From Escherichia phage BEU50: a DNA stretch of 64,000 nt. Under the pieces are notes generated by a model, which saw only the letters and a list, made by a program, of their open reading frames with translations, made no database searches and was not told the origin of the DNA. Position numbers and translations under genes: made by a program. Shown here piece by piece: positions 17,872-28,073 of the stretch; position 1 is the first letter of the stretch; each line of letters starts with the position of its first letter. The DNA is taken from sequence record OM632671.1; one strand, given 5' to 3'.

Positions 17872-18987
17872 TTAAACTTCTCTAAATTCCTGTCCAAACA
17901 CTTTACCAGTTTTAGACGATGCCTGTGTAGGAAGTACCATTATATCTGGAGGTGAAGCCGATTCACAGACATAATTAACGCGAATACCATTGACGCCAAA
18001 TTCGGCAGGTTTTGAAATGCCGCCATTTCTTGATACTTCAGAAAAGCTTAAATTTCTCATACCGCCTTGACCCGCTTGGGCGGTTCTCTGTGTGTATATC
18101 GTAAATCCTACTGCATTTTCAGGAACAACTACATAATCTTCTTTTAATTCCCAAGACCCAGCTTGCCCAGTAAACTCAGCTTGGGTCGAGGAAATATATC
18201 CATTTGATGCATCATAAAAACGAATAGATATATTTGCAGTTCCAAGATCAAGTAAATCAGCATCAGCATATAGTTGTGCTTTAAGATAAAGAACATCACC
18301 AGGAATTAAATTGTAGTCAGAAAGTTTACTTATAGCAGCTGAAGTTGGTAAACGCGCAATTTCATTATTAGTTCCACCAACCGCAGACATAAATTGCTCA
18401 ACGCTTTCGTATGTTCTTTTAGGAAATCCTGTAGCTCCGACGTCTTCTAAACTATCAAATACAACATCTAAAATAGTTTGATAATCATCTGTGCTTTTTC
18501 TATTACTTAGTTTAACATGCTCTAATGCAATAGCTCTTTTAGAAGAAGTATAAAAAGCAGCATATGACACGTCAAATCTTGACAATACTGAATCTGATGG
18601 AAAAACTGAAGTTCCTGCTCCCCTTAACCAAGATACCACTTCAGGAGGAAAATTAACCTTTCCGCTAGTTAATATAGCAACAAGTCTATTGTTTGACAAA
18701 GAATTCATGAAACTGACAAAAGTGGTAGATGTTGTATTGTTTGAAGCAGAAAAAGCATATGACTTACTATCAACTAATGCTCCCGTAGAAGGGTCAAAAA
18801 CTCTTAAATGAAGACCTGCACTAAATGTTTGATTTCCAACGGGATTATCCTGAAATTTAACATATGGTCCCGCAGTAGAAAGCGGGCAAGAACCCGCTAT
18901 GCTTATTTTATATCTTACTGAATTGCTTTCCGATAAAAATGGCGTTTGGACATATCCTTGTCCAAACTCTGCCATAAATTTTTCCAT
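17872..18987 (-). CDS. 35: long tail fibre hinge protein gp35
   Basis: 371 aa; position and length. Confidence 0.85.
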   Translation of the reverse strand: MEKFMAEFGQGYVQTPFLSESNSVRYKISIAGSCPLSTAGPYVKFQDNPVGNQTFSAGLHLRVFDPSTGALVDSKSYAFSASNNTTSTTFVSFMNSLSNNRLVAILTSGKVNFPPEVVSWLRGAGTSVFPSDSVLSRFDVSYAAFYTSSKRAIALEHVKLSNRKSTDDYQTILDVVFDSLEDVGATGFPKRTYESVEQFMSAVGGTNNEIARLPTSAAISKLSDYNLIPGDVLYLKAQLYADADLLDLGTANISIRFYDASNGYISSTQAEFTGQAGSWELKEDYVVVPENAVGFTIYTQRTAQAGQGGMRNLSFSEVSRNGGISKPAEFGVNGIRVNYVCESASPPDIMVLPTQASSKTGKVFGQEFREV

Positions 18988-18995
18988 AATACCTC

Positions 18996-21900
18996 TTATT
19001 CAACCCATTCAAATTTAACAGTTTTATTCACTGGGTCAGGAATAATGCGAACATTACCAATTCGTAAGAAATCACGAATAGTAAGATTACCTATTATTCC
19101 ATTATCAGATGGGATTGCTCCTATATCCGAAGGTTGAGGAGGATTACCTCCATCGAATACCTGAACAAAACTTGACCAAGAGTTTTTGGTTTTCTGCCAT
19201 GTACGTGTCCAGCGAGTGGTACGTGCTTCTGGGGTCGTTGGATAAGTAATCCAATCTTGGTAAAGTGAATCAAGTGTGTTACCAAACTGAGTCAATGTAC
19301 CAGGAGATTTAACTTCTTCACCGCGTTCTAAATATGGAAGTCCAGTCACTTCATTAGTTTTTTCAACCATTTTAAAATAACCCGGGAACTGGTTATAAGT
19401 GGCTGAATCATTAATATCGATTGACCAGAATCCTACAGTATCAGATGTTGGCGCACGGGTATATAAATCAGATGTTTTAACACCTTGAGAACGAATTCTC
19501 GAGTTAACAGTTAAACCGCCTGAACTTATAGTAGCACCTTTTGCAATGATTAAGCTTTCACCAATCGTTACTTGGCCAGATGCATTATTAATAGATAAAG
19601 GACGTAATCCATTAAATCCGCCAGTTTGATCACCCGATGCAGTAAGCATAAAATTCGTTACTGACCCATCATTGCGAACAATGAAACCATAATTTCCGTT
19701 AATAGCACGGAAAGCATTTGCGCTTCGAGAAATAATTTCACCAGTTGCAGTGACTGAATTACCAAATGTTGCTACACCATTTGCATTCAATGTTCCTGAA
19801 GCATTAACATTTATCGGTGTTACTGTACCGTTGATATTAAATGTTATATTTCCAGCTTTATTACGCTGAGAATAAAAATGACTAGACGTTTCATCACTAA
19901 CTTCAAATACGGTAGAACGTGTTGTGTCTGATTCCCCACTAAATTGATTTCCCCACACTCTGACTGTCATCGTTTGAGCCGGGTTTGTTCCAGTTTGAGG
20001 TCCTTTCTCAAAAATCAATCGAGTTGCCGTTCCAGTATTAGAAATAGTTAATGTACTATTTGCTGAAACTGATCCACCGAATGTAGCAGTACTAGATGAT
20101 ACAAGAGGGGCACTCAGATTCGTTTGTTGGGTTAAGGTTAGTGAACCATTAACTGTTTGTGCAATGTCCCTACGAATGAACTGGAGCGAATCTAGACCAT
20201 CTAATAAATTACTATCTACAGCTTTTGCTTTTAATGGCAAATAATTTGCTAATACGCGATTTAATTCATATGGTGATACTGCATAACCATTTTTCTCATA
20301 TGATTCTAATGGTTGTGTTGAACCTACCGTATCATTACCAACGAATGTAATTGAACCAGATGAAGTTTTAACAAACCCTCTTATCAGAGTAGTTGCTGCC
20401 CAAGTTGGTTCACTCTGCACAATCCATTTTAAATTTTTTGGAGATACAGCAGTATTTGCTGATGTTCCAGTCACAGTTTCAGACTGAGTTGCAACTTTAA
20501 TAACACCTTCCTGTGCTTCAGTAGATTTAGTACCTAAAAGCTTTTTAGGAGTTATTAAAACATTATCTAATGTTCCTGCAGCAGCTTCAACTTGTGTAGC
20601 TACACGAAGTGTACCACGCTGTGTCTCATTTGCTTCAAGAATATTAAGTGTATAATGGTCCCAGAGAGTTCCTGATTCAACTAATCCAGATAGAGCAACA
20701 ACAGAAGTACGATCAGTACTATTAAATCTAGTTTTAATTTTTAATGGTGTAGAGATGCGAGTATCGTCGACGCCTGCGTCGAATTCAACTTGCGTAGCAA
20801 TTTCAGCTATACCACTTAAACTTTCAGTTGCTCTACGGTCATTTAAAGTTTTAGGAGTGACTGCACGAGTATAGTCAGTTCCTGTGTTAACTTCACTTTG
20901 CGTAGCAATTTCAATTAAACCAATTCTTCCATCAGTTGATGTCTTTTTATGTAACGTTTCTGGCGTTACAACCGCATTTGCCCATCCTTCTTGGCTTTGT
21001 CCAGCAATTACTTCACTTTCAACTGCTAAAATTACTGCGCCTTGTTGCGTTGGAGTAGCTTTATACTGATCCAAAGCTTTAGGTGAAACAACTAAATTAT
21101 TAGTGTTTTTATTATAAACATTCGTACCATTTAATTCACGGCTAGAAGCTGGAGTAGCTCCTGCAGTAGATACATAAGTTACAATACCAGATAATGATTC
21201 AGAACCTTGGCGAGCTTGAAGCTTTTTAGGAGTGATGATTGTAGTATCATCAGTACCTGTATTAGTTTCCTGCTGCGTAGCAATTTCAGCGACACCTCTA
21301 CGAGTTTCTGTAGCAGTTCTTTCATTCAGCTTTTTAGGAGTGATGATAAGGTCATCTGCAAAAGAGAATGTGGTGTTCTGATTCACTTGAGCAGTAGTTG
21401 CTATTCTTGCAATACCTCTGCGAGTTTCTGTAGCAGTACGATTAGCTAACGTTTCTGGAGTAATTGCTAATTCTTTTTGTGGAGAATTTTCTAAATCAGC
21501 ATTTGCTTGAGCTTGCGTAGCTAAAGCAATTACGCCTAATCTTGCTCTAGTAGAAGCATTTAAAGAGTCTACTCTTTCTACAGTTGGAACGTTTTGCTGT
21601 ACAACCCAGCATTTTCCATCAGAATCTTCTATATAAGCAAGTTGTAAAACTGGAACATAATTAGTTTCACCGTTAAAAACTAATTCTTGAACTGTTACCC
21701 ATTCAGCTTCAGGCGGATATTCTGAACGTTTTGGGAATTGCAGCAATTGAACTGAGGAAGCAATTTTATCTTCACCTGCAGCTTTGATTTTAACTGTTTG
21801 TCCTTTTCTCATGTAATTCATGGAAATTTTAACAGTATCACCAACAGAAATATCAGTCGGAAGCTGAAGTTCAATTGTTTGGGTTGTTCCATTATTCGCG

Positions 21901-22865
21901 CCAAATACCATGACTTCTTCATTTGGACGAATATTAGAATTAGTTGTTATAATGCGTAAACGTGCTTTACTATCCCCGTCAAACAATCTCCACAATTTCT
22001 CATTATCATCAAACATCAAGAAACCGTCAATCGATGTACGGCCTTCAATGGAATGAGTTCCAACTTCTTGCACTGACGTTGTTTCATCATATGTCGTAAC
22101 AATTGTATGATAAAGTGGATTTAATTTATCTAAATCAACGAAATTAATGATATCTCCATGATTGGCAAATCTTGGAAGCTTAACATTAATCGGCGCGGCA
22201 GAAGTAAATCTACGTACGATAAAATCATTAGATTGTGCTTGATATGCAGTCGATGGAGTAACAATCGCAGCTTCTCTGCTATAATCAGCAATATACATTT
22301 GCCACAAACGATTATTAAAAATGAATACCATCTGTGACTTTGGATGAGTCATTAAAACTGAACGTACCTGTTCACCTCTAAAATTGACAATACTCTGATT
22401 TGAAGAATTTATTTTAACCTGATTTATGCCAGGTTTTCCACCGATATCTTGAATTATTACGGTTTCTCCATCAAGCGGAGAAGGTGGTAAAGTAAACTCA
22501 ATGTCATTGCCAACTGATGTATCTACTGAAATTGCTTCTCCGGATTTTAATTGATATGGTCCAGATGATACGGTTGTATATACAGCATCAGTACGTAATG
22601 CTTTCCAACGAATTCTATTAAAATTTCCAGCAGGTTTTGGAATATTATCCGTTGCTGCCCAAAAACGATTATTATAAATGATTACAAAATCTTTTAAATA
22701 TCCACGAGTTGGATCATATTGCTGAACTGTGTTTTCTTGAATTAAGTAATCAACGTTAACACCGTCAGTTCCTACGGTACGATCAGCTAAAGCTACGTTG
22801 ATTATTTTATCGCCACCTGCGTCCAGACCATCTTCTGCTCTGAACTTTCTTTTAATCTCGGCCAT
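18996..22865 (-). CDS. 34: long tail fibre proximal subunit gp34
   Basis: 1289 aa with internal repeats; divergent from rnh. Confidence 0.9.
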   Translation of the reverse strand: MAEIKRKFRAEDGLDAGGDKIINVALADRTVGTDGVNVDYLIQENTVQQYDPTRGYLKDFVIIYNNRFWAATDNIPKPAGNFNRIRWKALRTDAVYTTVSSGPYQLKSGEAISVDTSVGNDIEFTLPPSPLDGETVIIQDIGGKPGINQVKINSSNQSIVNFRGEQVRSVLMTHPKSQMVFIFNNRLWQMYIADYSREAAIVTPSTAYQAQSNDFIVRRFTSAAPINVKLPRFANHGDIINFVDLDKLNPLYHTIVTTYDETTSVQEVGTHSIEGRTSIDGFLMFDDNEKLWRLFDGDSKARLRIITTNSNIRPNEEVMVFGANNGTTQTIELQLPTDISVGDTVKISMNYMRKGQTVKIKAAGEDKIASSVQLLQFPKRSEYPPEAEWVTVQELVFNGETNYVPVLQLAYIEDSDGKCWVVQQNVPTVERVDSLNASTRARLGVIALATQAQANADLENSPQKELAITPETLANRTATETRRGIARIATTAQVNQNTTFSFADDLIITPKKLNERTATETRRGVAEIATQQETNTGTDDTTIITPKKLQARQGSESLSGIVTYVSTAGATPASSRELNGTNVYNKNTNNLVVSPKALDQYKATPTQQGAVILAVESEVIAGQSQEGWANAVVTPETLHKKTSTDGRIGLIEIATQSEVNTGTDYTRAVTPKTLNDRRATESLSGIAEIATQVEFDAGVDDTRISTPLKIKTRFNSTDRTSVVALSGLVESGTLWDHYTLNILEANETQRGTLRVATQVEAAAGTLDNVLITPKKLLGTKSTEAQEGVIKVATQSETVTGTSANTAVSPKNLKWIVQSEPTWAATTLIRGFVKTSSGSITFVGNDTVGSTQPLESYEKNGYAVSPYELNRVLANYLPLKAKAVDSNLLDGLDSLQFIRRDIAQTVNGSLTLTQQTNLSAPLVSSSTATFGGSVSANSTLTISNTGTATRLIFEKGPQTGTNPAQTMTVRVWGNQFSGESDTTRSTVFEVSDETSSHFYSQRNKAGNITFNINGTVTPINVNASGTLNANGVATFGNSVTATGEIISRSANAFRAINGNYGFIVRNDGSVTNFMLTASGDQTGGFNGLRPLSINNASGQVTIGESLIIAKGATISSGGLTVNSRIRSQGVKTSDLYTRAPTSDTVGFWSIDINDSATYNQFPGYFKMVEKTNEVTGLPYLERGEEVKSPGTLTQFGNTLDSLYQDWITYPTTPEARTTRWTRTWQKTKNSWSSFVQVFDGGNPPQPSDIGAIPSDNGIIGNLTIRDFLRIGNVRIIPDPVNKTVKFEWVE

Positions 22866-22899
22866 TCTCCCGGGCTCCTATTGTGTTTTCAATAATAAG

Positions 22900-22907
22900 T
22901 ATTTATA
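22900..22907 (-). promoter_or_regulatory. late promoter TATAAATA
   Basis: 35 nt upstream of gene 34 ATG on minus strand. Confidence 0.65.
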
Positions 22908-22910
22908 CTT

Positions 22911-22940
22911 GTTTACTTTAAGATTTAGATAGTATATAAT
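22911..22940 (+). promoter_or_regulatory. T4-type early promoter
   Basis: GTTTAC, 18 nt, TATAAT upstream of rnh; -10 flanked by AGATTT/AAATCT dyad. Confidence 0.65.
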
Positions 22941-22969
22941 AGAAATCTCACTAATTGAACGAGGTTCAT

Positions 22970-23887
22970 ATGGATTTAGAAATGATGTTGGATGAAGATT
23001 ACAAAGAAGGAATTTGCTTAATTGACTTTAGTCAGATTGCGCTTTCAACTGCTCTGGTAAACTTCCCAGATAAAGAAAAAATTAATTTATCAATGGTTCG
23101 TCATTTGATATTGAACTCAATTAAGTTTAATGTCAAAAAAGCAAAAACGCTTGGATACACTAAAATTGTGCTGTGTATTGATAACGCGAAATCTGGATAC
23201 TGGCGTCGTGATTTTGCTTATTATTATAAGAAAAACCGTGGAAAAGCACGAGAAGAATCTACTTGGGACTGGGAAGGTTATTTTGAATCCAGCCATAAAG
23301 TTATAGATGAATTGAAAGCTTATATGCCATACATTGTTATGGATATTGATAAGTATGAAGCAGATGACCACATTGCTGTTCTTGTTAAAAAGTTCTCTTT
23401 AGAAGGACATAAGATTTTAATCATTTCATCGGATGGTGACTTTACACAGCTTCACAAATATCCAAATGTTAAGCAATGGTCACCGATGCATAAGAAATGG
23501 GTTAAAATTAAAAGCGGTTCTGCTGAAATTGACTGTATGACTAAAATCCTTAAAGGCGACAAAAAGGATAACGTTGCTTCAGTTAAAGTACGATCTGACT
23601 TTTGGTTTACCAAAGTTGAAGGTGAACGGACTCCTTCAATGAAAACTTCAATCGTTGAAGCTATTGCTAATGATCGTGAGCAAGCTAAGGTGCTTCTCAC
23701 AGAATCTGAATATAATCGTTATAAAGAAAATTTAGTTCTAATTGATTTTGATTATATTCCTGATAATATTGCTTCAAACATTGTGAATTACTATAATTCA
23801 TATAAATTACCACCGCGTGGCAAAATTTATTCATATTTTGTAAAAGCGGGTCTTTCTAAATTAACTAATAGCATTAATGAATTTTGA
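22970..23887 (+). CDS. rnh: RNase H / 5-prime-3-prime exonuclease (FEN family)
   Basis: 305 aa from ATG 22970 (MDLEMML…) with RBS GAGG. Confidence 0.9.
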   Translation: MDLEMMLDEDYKEGICLIDFSQIALSTALVNFPDKEKINLSMVRHLILNSIKFNVKKAKTLGYTKIVLCIDNAKSGYWRRDFAYYYKKNRGKAREESTWDWEGYFESSHKVIDELKAYMPYIVMDIDKYEADDHIAVLVKKFSLEGHKILIISSDGDFTQLHKYPNVKQWSPMHKKWVKIKSGSAEIDCMTKILKGDKKDNVASVKVRSDFWFTKVEGERTPSMKTSIVEAIANDREQAKVLLTESEYNRYKENLVLIDFDYIPDNIASNIVNYYNSYKLPPRGKIYSYFVKAGLSKLTNSINEF

Positions 23888-23895
23888 GGTGAATA

Positions 23896-24165
23896 ATGGC
23901 TAAAAAAGAAATGGTTGAATTTGATGAAGCTATCCATGGCGAAGACTTGGCTAAATTTATTAAAGAAGCATCTGATCATAAACTGAAAATTTCCGGTTAT
24001 AATGAACTGATTAAAGATATTCGAATTCGTGCTAAAGATGAACTTGGCGTTGATGGTAAGATGTTTAATCGTCTATTAGCTTTGTATCATAAAGATAACC
24101 GTGATGTGTTTGAAGCTGAAACTGAAGAGGTAGTTGAACTTTATGACACAGTTTTCTCTAAATGA
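23896..24165 (+). CDS. dsbA: dsDNA-binding protein DsbA
   Basis: 89 aa, position between rnh and 33. Confidence 0.8.
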   Translation: MAKKEMVEFDEAIHGEDLAKFIKEASDHKLKISGYNELIKDIRIRAKDELGVDGKMFNRLLALYHKDNRDVFEAETEEVVELYDTVFSK

Positions 24166-24481
24166 CATTCGTCCGGTCGATGAGACCGGTCTTTCAGAAA
24201 AAGAACTTTCAATTAAGAAAGAAAAGGATGAAATAGCAAAGCTTCTTGATCGTCAAGAAAATGGATTTATTATTGAAAAAATGGTAGAAGAGTTTGGAAT
24301 GAGTTATCTTGAAGCTACAACAGCATTCTTAGAAGAAAATTCTATTCCTGAAACTCAATTTGCTAAATTTATTCCTTCGGGTATAATTGAAAAAATTCAG
24401 TCAGAAGCTATTGACGAAAATCTTTTACGTCCTTCTGTTGTTCGTTGTGAAAAAACTAATACATTAGATTTTCTACTATGA
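24143..24481 (+). CDS. 33: late transcription accessory protein gp33
   Basis: 112 aa from ATG 24143 (MTQFSLNDI…). Confidence 0.85.
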   Translation: MTQFSLNDIRPVDETGLSEKELSIKKEKDEIAKLLDRQENGFIIEKMVEEFGMSYLEATTAFLEENSIPETQFAKFIPSGIIEKIQSEAIDENLLRPSVVRCEKTNTLDFLL

Positions 24482-24537
24482 TTAAACTCCGCATGCCTGC
24501 TGGTGGTGAAAGATACATTGATGGTAAATCAGTTTAG
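24478..24537 (+). pseudogene. 59: helicase loader gene 59, 19-codon N-terminal stub
   Basis: [19 protein letters not shown] then TAG; downstream sequence is not gene 59. Confidence 0.6.
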
Positions 24538-24620
24538 TGAGTATTTTGATAATAAAATTTCTACAGTTAAAACTTCTTCTGATTGTTACTATGATATTAC
24601 TGTTTTGACGGAAAAACAAT

Positions 24621-24947
24621 ATGTTGAATTATCACCGCGCGGGCCGTCTATGCCGGGTAGTGAATAAATATAAATCCGACTTTGATGTTAATATTCACCG
24701 TGGTACATTTTGGGGAAATTACGTCGGTAAAGATGCTGGCAGCCGGGAGGCTGCCATTGAATTATTCAAAAAAGATTTTATACGTCGAATTAAATCCGGA
24801 GAAATAACTAAAGCACATTTAGAGCCTTTACGTGGAATGAGGCTAGGATGCACATGTAAACCAAAGCCGTGTCATGGTGATATAATAGCTCATATAGTTA
24901 ACCGACTGTTTAAAGACGATTTTCAAGTTGAGGACTTATGCAATTAA
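24621..24947 (+). CDS. hypothetical protein with C-terminal C-x-C…CHGD motif
   Basis: 108 aa ORF upstream of nrdA; GC-rich 5-prime patch; true start uncertain. Confidence 0.45.
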   Translation: MLNYHRAGRLCRVVNKYKSDFDVNIHRGTFWGNYVGKDAGSREAAIELFKKDFIRRIKSGEITKAHLEPLRGMRLGCTCKPKPCHGDIIAHIVNRLFKDDFQVEDLCN

Positions 24948-27202
24948 TTAATGTTATCAAAAGTAGTGGTGTTTCTCAGAGCTTTGACCCGCAAAAAATT
25001 ATTAAAGTTTTATCTTGGGCAGCTGAAGGAACATCAGTAGATCCTTATGAATTATATGAAAATATTAAATCTTATCTCCGTGATGGAATGACAACTGATG
25101 ATATTCAGACTATTGTCATTAAGGCCGCTGCGAATTCTATTTCGGTTGAAGAGCCTGATTATCAATATGTAGCTGCACGCTGTTTAATGTTCGCTCTTCG
25201 TAAGCATGTTTATGGGCAGTATGAACCACGTTCATTTATTGACCATATTTCTTACTGCGTAAATGAAGGTAAATATGACCCTGAATTATTGTCAAAATAT
25301 TCAGCAGAAGAAATTACATTTTTAGAATCAAAAATTAAGCACGAGCGGGATATGGAATTTACTTATTCCGGGGCGATGCAATTAAAAGAAAAATATCTAG
25401 TCAAAGATAAAACCACCGGTCAAATTTATGAAACTCCGCAGTTTGCATTTATGACTATTGGAATGGCATTGCATCAAGATGAACCTGTTGATAGACTAAA
25501 ACACGTTATCCGTTTTTATGAAGCAGTATCCACTCGACAGATTTCATTGCCAACTCCTATTATGGCTGGTTGCCGTACTCCGACTCGACAGTTTAGTTCA
25601 TGTGTTGTTATTGAGGCAGGAGATTCATTGAAGTCTATCAATAAGGCTTCTGCTTCAATTGTTGAATATATCTCTAAACGCGCTGGAATTGGTATTAACG
25701 TTGGTATGATTCGTGCCGAAGGTTCTAAGATTGGCATGGGTGAAGTACGCCATACTGGTGTTATTCCTTTTTGGAAACATTTTCAGACTGCAGTTAAATC
25801 ATGTTCACAGGGTGGAATTCGTGGCGGCGCTGCTACTGCTTATTATCCTATTTGGCATTTGGAAGTTGAAAATCTTCTCGTTTTGAAAAATAACAAAGGC
25901 GTAGAAGAAAACCGCATTCGTCATATGGATTATGGTGTTCAACTGAATGATTTGATGATGGAACGTTTTGGAAAGAACGATTACATTACTTTGTTCAGTC
26001 CCCATGAAATGGGTGGAGAGCTTTATTATTCTTATTTTAAAGACCAAGACCGTTTCCGTGAATTATACGAAGCAGCAGAAAAAGACCCTAATATTCGTAA
26101 AAAGCGTATTAAAGCCCGTGAACTATTTGAATTGCTCATGACTGAACGTTCAGGAACAGCAAGGATTTATGTACAGTTCATTGATAATACGAATAACTAT
26201 ACTCCGTTTATTCGTGAAAAGGCACCTATTCGTCAGAGTAACTTGTGCTGTGAAATTGCTATTCCAACAAATGATGTGAATAGTCCTGATGCTGAAATTG
26301 GATTGTGTACTCTCTCTGCATTCGTACTAGATAATTTTGACTGGCAAGACCAAGATAAAATTAATGAATTGGCAGAAGTTCAAGTTCGTGCTCTTGATAA
26401 TCTTTTGGATTACCAAGGATATCCAGTTCCTGAAGCAGAAAAAGCTAAAAAGCGTCGTAACCTTGGCGTAGGTGTTACCAACTATGCAGCTTGGCTGGCA
26501 AGTAACTTTGCTTCTTATGAAGATGCTAACGATTTAACACATGAACTATTTGAGAGATTACAGTATGGACTCATTAAAGCATCCATTAAGCTCGCCAAAG
26601 AAAAAGGACCTTGCGAATATTATTCAGACACTCGTTGGTCTCGAGGCGAATTACCTATCGACTGGTACAATAAAAAGATTGACCAAATCGCAGCTCCAAA
26701 ATACGTTTGTGACTGGTCGTCGCTGCGGGAAGACCTCAAGCTCTTTGGCATCCGTAATAGCACATTATCAGCACTTATGCCATGTGAGTCATCTTCCCAA
26801 GTTTCTAACAGTACAAACGGTATCGAGCCTCCACGTGGACCGGTAAGTGTTAAAGAATCAAAAGAGGGTTCCTTTAATCAAGTCGTGCCCAATATTGAGC
26901 ATAACATAGACCTCTATGATTATACGTGGAAATTAGCTAAGAAAGGTAATAAACCTTATCTTACGCAGGTAGCTATTATGCTGAAATGGGTATGTCAATC
27001 AGCTTCAGCGAATACATACTATGACCCGCAAATTTTTCCAAAAGGAAAGGTTCCAATGTCAATAATGATTGATGACATGCTATATGGATGGTATTATGGC
27101 ATTAAAAATTTCTATTATCATAATACCCGTGATGGTTCTGGTACTGATGATTATGAAATAGAAACTCCAAAAGCTGAAGATTGTTCATCCTGTAAATTAT
27201 GA
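24938..27202 (+). CDS. nrdA: ribonucleotide reductase large subunit
   Basis: 754 aa; N-terminal ATP-cone; class I RNR alpha. Confidence 0.9.
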   Translation: MQLINVIKSSGVSQSFDPQKIIKVLSWAAEGTSVDPYELYENIKSYLRDGMTTDDIQTIVIKAAANSISVEEPDYQYVAARCLMFALRKHVYGQYEPRSFIDHISYCVNEGKYDPELLSKYSAEEITFLESKIKHERDMEFTYSGAMQLKEKYLVKDKTTGQIYETPQFAFMTIGMALHQDEPVDRLKHVIRFYEAVSTRQISLPTPIMAGCRTPTRQFSSCVVIEAGDSLKSINKASASIVEYISKRAGIGINVGMIRAEGSKIGMGEVRHTGVIPFWKHFQTAVKSCSQGGIRGGAATAYYPIWHLEVENLLVLKNNKGVEENRIRHMDYGVQLNDLMMERFGKNDYITLFSPHEMGGELYYSYFKDQDRFRELYEAAEKDPNIRKKRIKARELFELLMTERSGTARIYVQFIDNTNNYTPFIREKAPIRQSNLCCEIAIPTNDVNSPDAEIGLCTLSAFVLDNFDWQDQDKINELAEVQVRALDNLLDYQGYPVPEAEKAKKRRNLGVGVTNYAAWLASNFASYEDANDLTHELFERLQYGLIKASIKLAKEKGPCEYYSDTRWSRGELPIDWYNKKIDQIAAPKYVCDWSSLREDLKLFGIRNSTLSALMPCESSSQVSNSTNGIEPPRGPVSVKESKEGSFNQVVPNIEHNIDLYDYTWKLAKKGNKPYLTQVAIMLKWVCQSASANTYYDPQIFPKGKVPMSIMIDDMLYGWYYGIKNFYYHNTRDGSGTDDYEIETPKAEDCSSCKL

Positions 27203-27253
27203 TATAATTTGACTCATGGACGAGTCACTATCTATTAACTAAGTGGAAAATTT

Positions 27254-27915
27254 ATGAGCACAGTTTTTAATACAAACCCAGTTGATGTTTTAAAAGAACC
27301 TATGTTTTTTGGTTCAGGTCTTGGTATTGCGCGTTATGATATTCAACGCCATAAAGTTTTTGAAGATTTGACCGAAAAGCAATTGTCATTTTTCTGGCGT
27401 CCTGAAGAAGTAAACTTAATGATGGATGCTGCACAGTTTAATAAGCTTCCTCAGTATCAGCAAAATATTTTTACTAATAACCTGAAGTATCAATCACTTT
27501 TGGATAGCATTCAGGGTCGTGCGCCATCTGCTGTACTTATGTCATTAATTTCAGACCCGAGTCTTGATACATGGGTTGCTACATGGACTTTTAGTGAAAC
27601 TATTCACAGCCGTTCATATACACATATCATGCGAAATCTTTATACTGATCCATCGAAGGTATTTGATGAGATTGTATTAGATGAAGCTATTATGAAACGT
27701 GCTGAATCTATCGGTCGCTATTATGATGATGTTCTGATTAAAACCCGTGAATGGGAAAATGCTAAAGAATTTGTAGAACTAGCTAAAGAATCTCCTGATG
27801 CTGTCTTTCGTTTAAACCGAGCTATTAAACAAGAAGCCGAAGCTAAACGTGCTTTAATGAAATCTCTTTACCTCTGTTTGCACGTTATTAATGCCTTAGA
27901 AGCATTCGTTTTTAT
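27254..27915 (+). CDS. nrdB: ribonucleotide reductase small subunit, exon 1 (3-prime boundary approximate)
   Basis: NrdB-like sequence to …LYLCLHVINALEA; frame then runs into intron. Confidence 0.75.
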
Positions 27916-28038
27916 GTATCTTTTGCGTAAAATGCGCCTTTAAACGGTAACGTTTATCGAAAACTCCTTTAATTGCTGGAAAGTCCTTTATAGGAAAACT
28001 AGCAGCCAAGGTTTTGCTTGCACCTTTAATTAGTATAA

Positions 28039-28046
28039 TATAAATA
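28039..28046 (+). promoter_or_regulatory. late promoter TATAAATA inside intron
   Basis: 28 nt upstream of the intron ORF start. Confidence 0.5.
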
Positions 28047-28073
28047 TGGTTATACTTTTAAGAGGATGCACAA

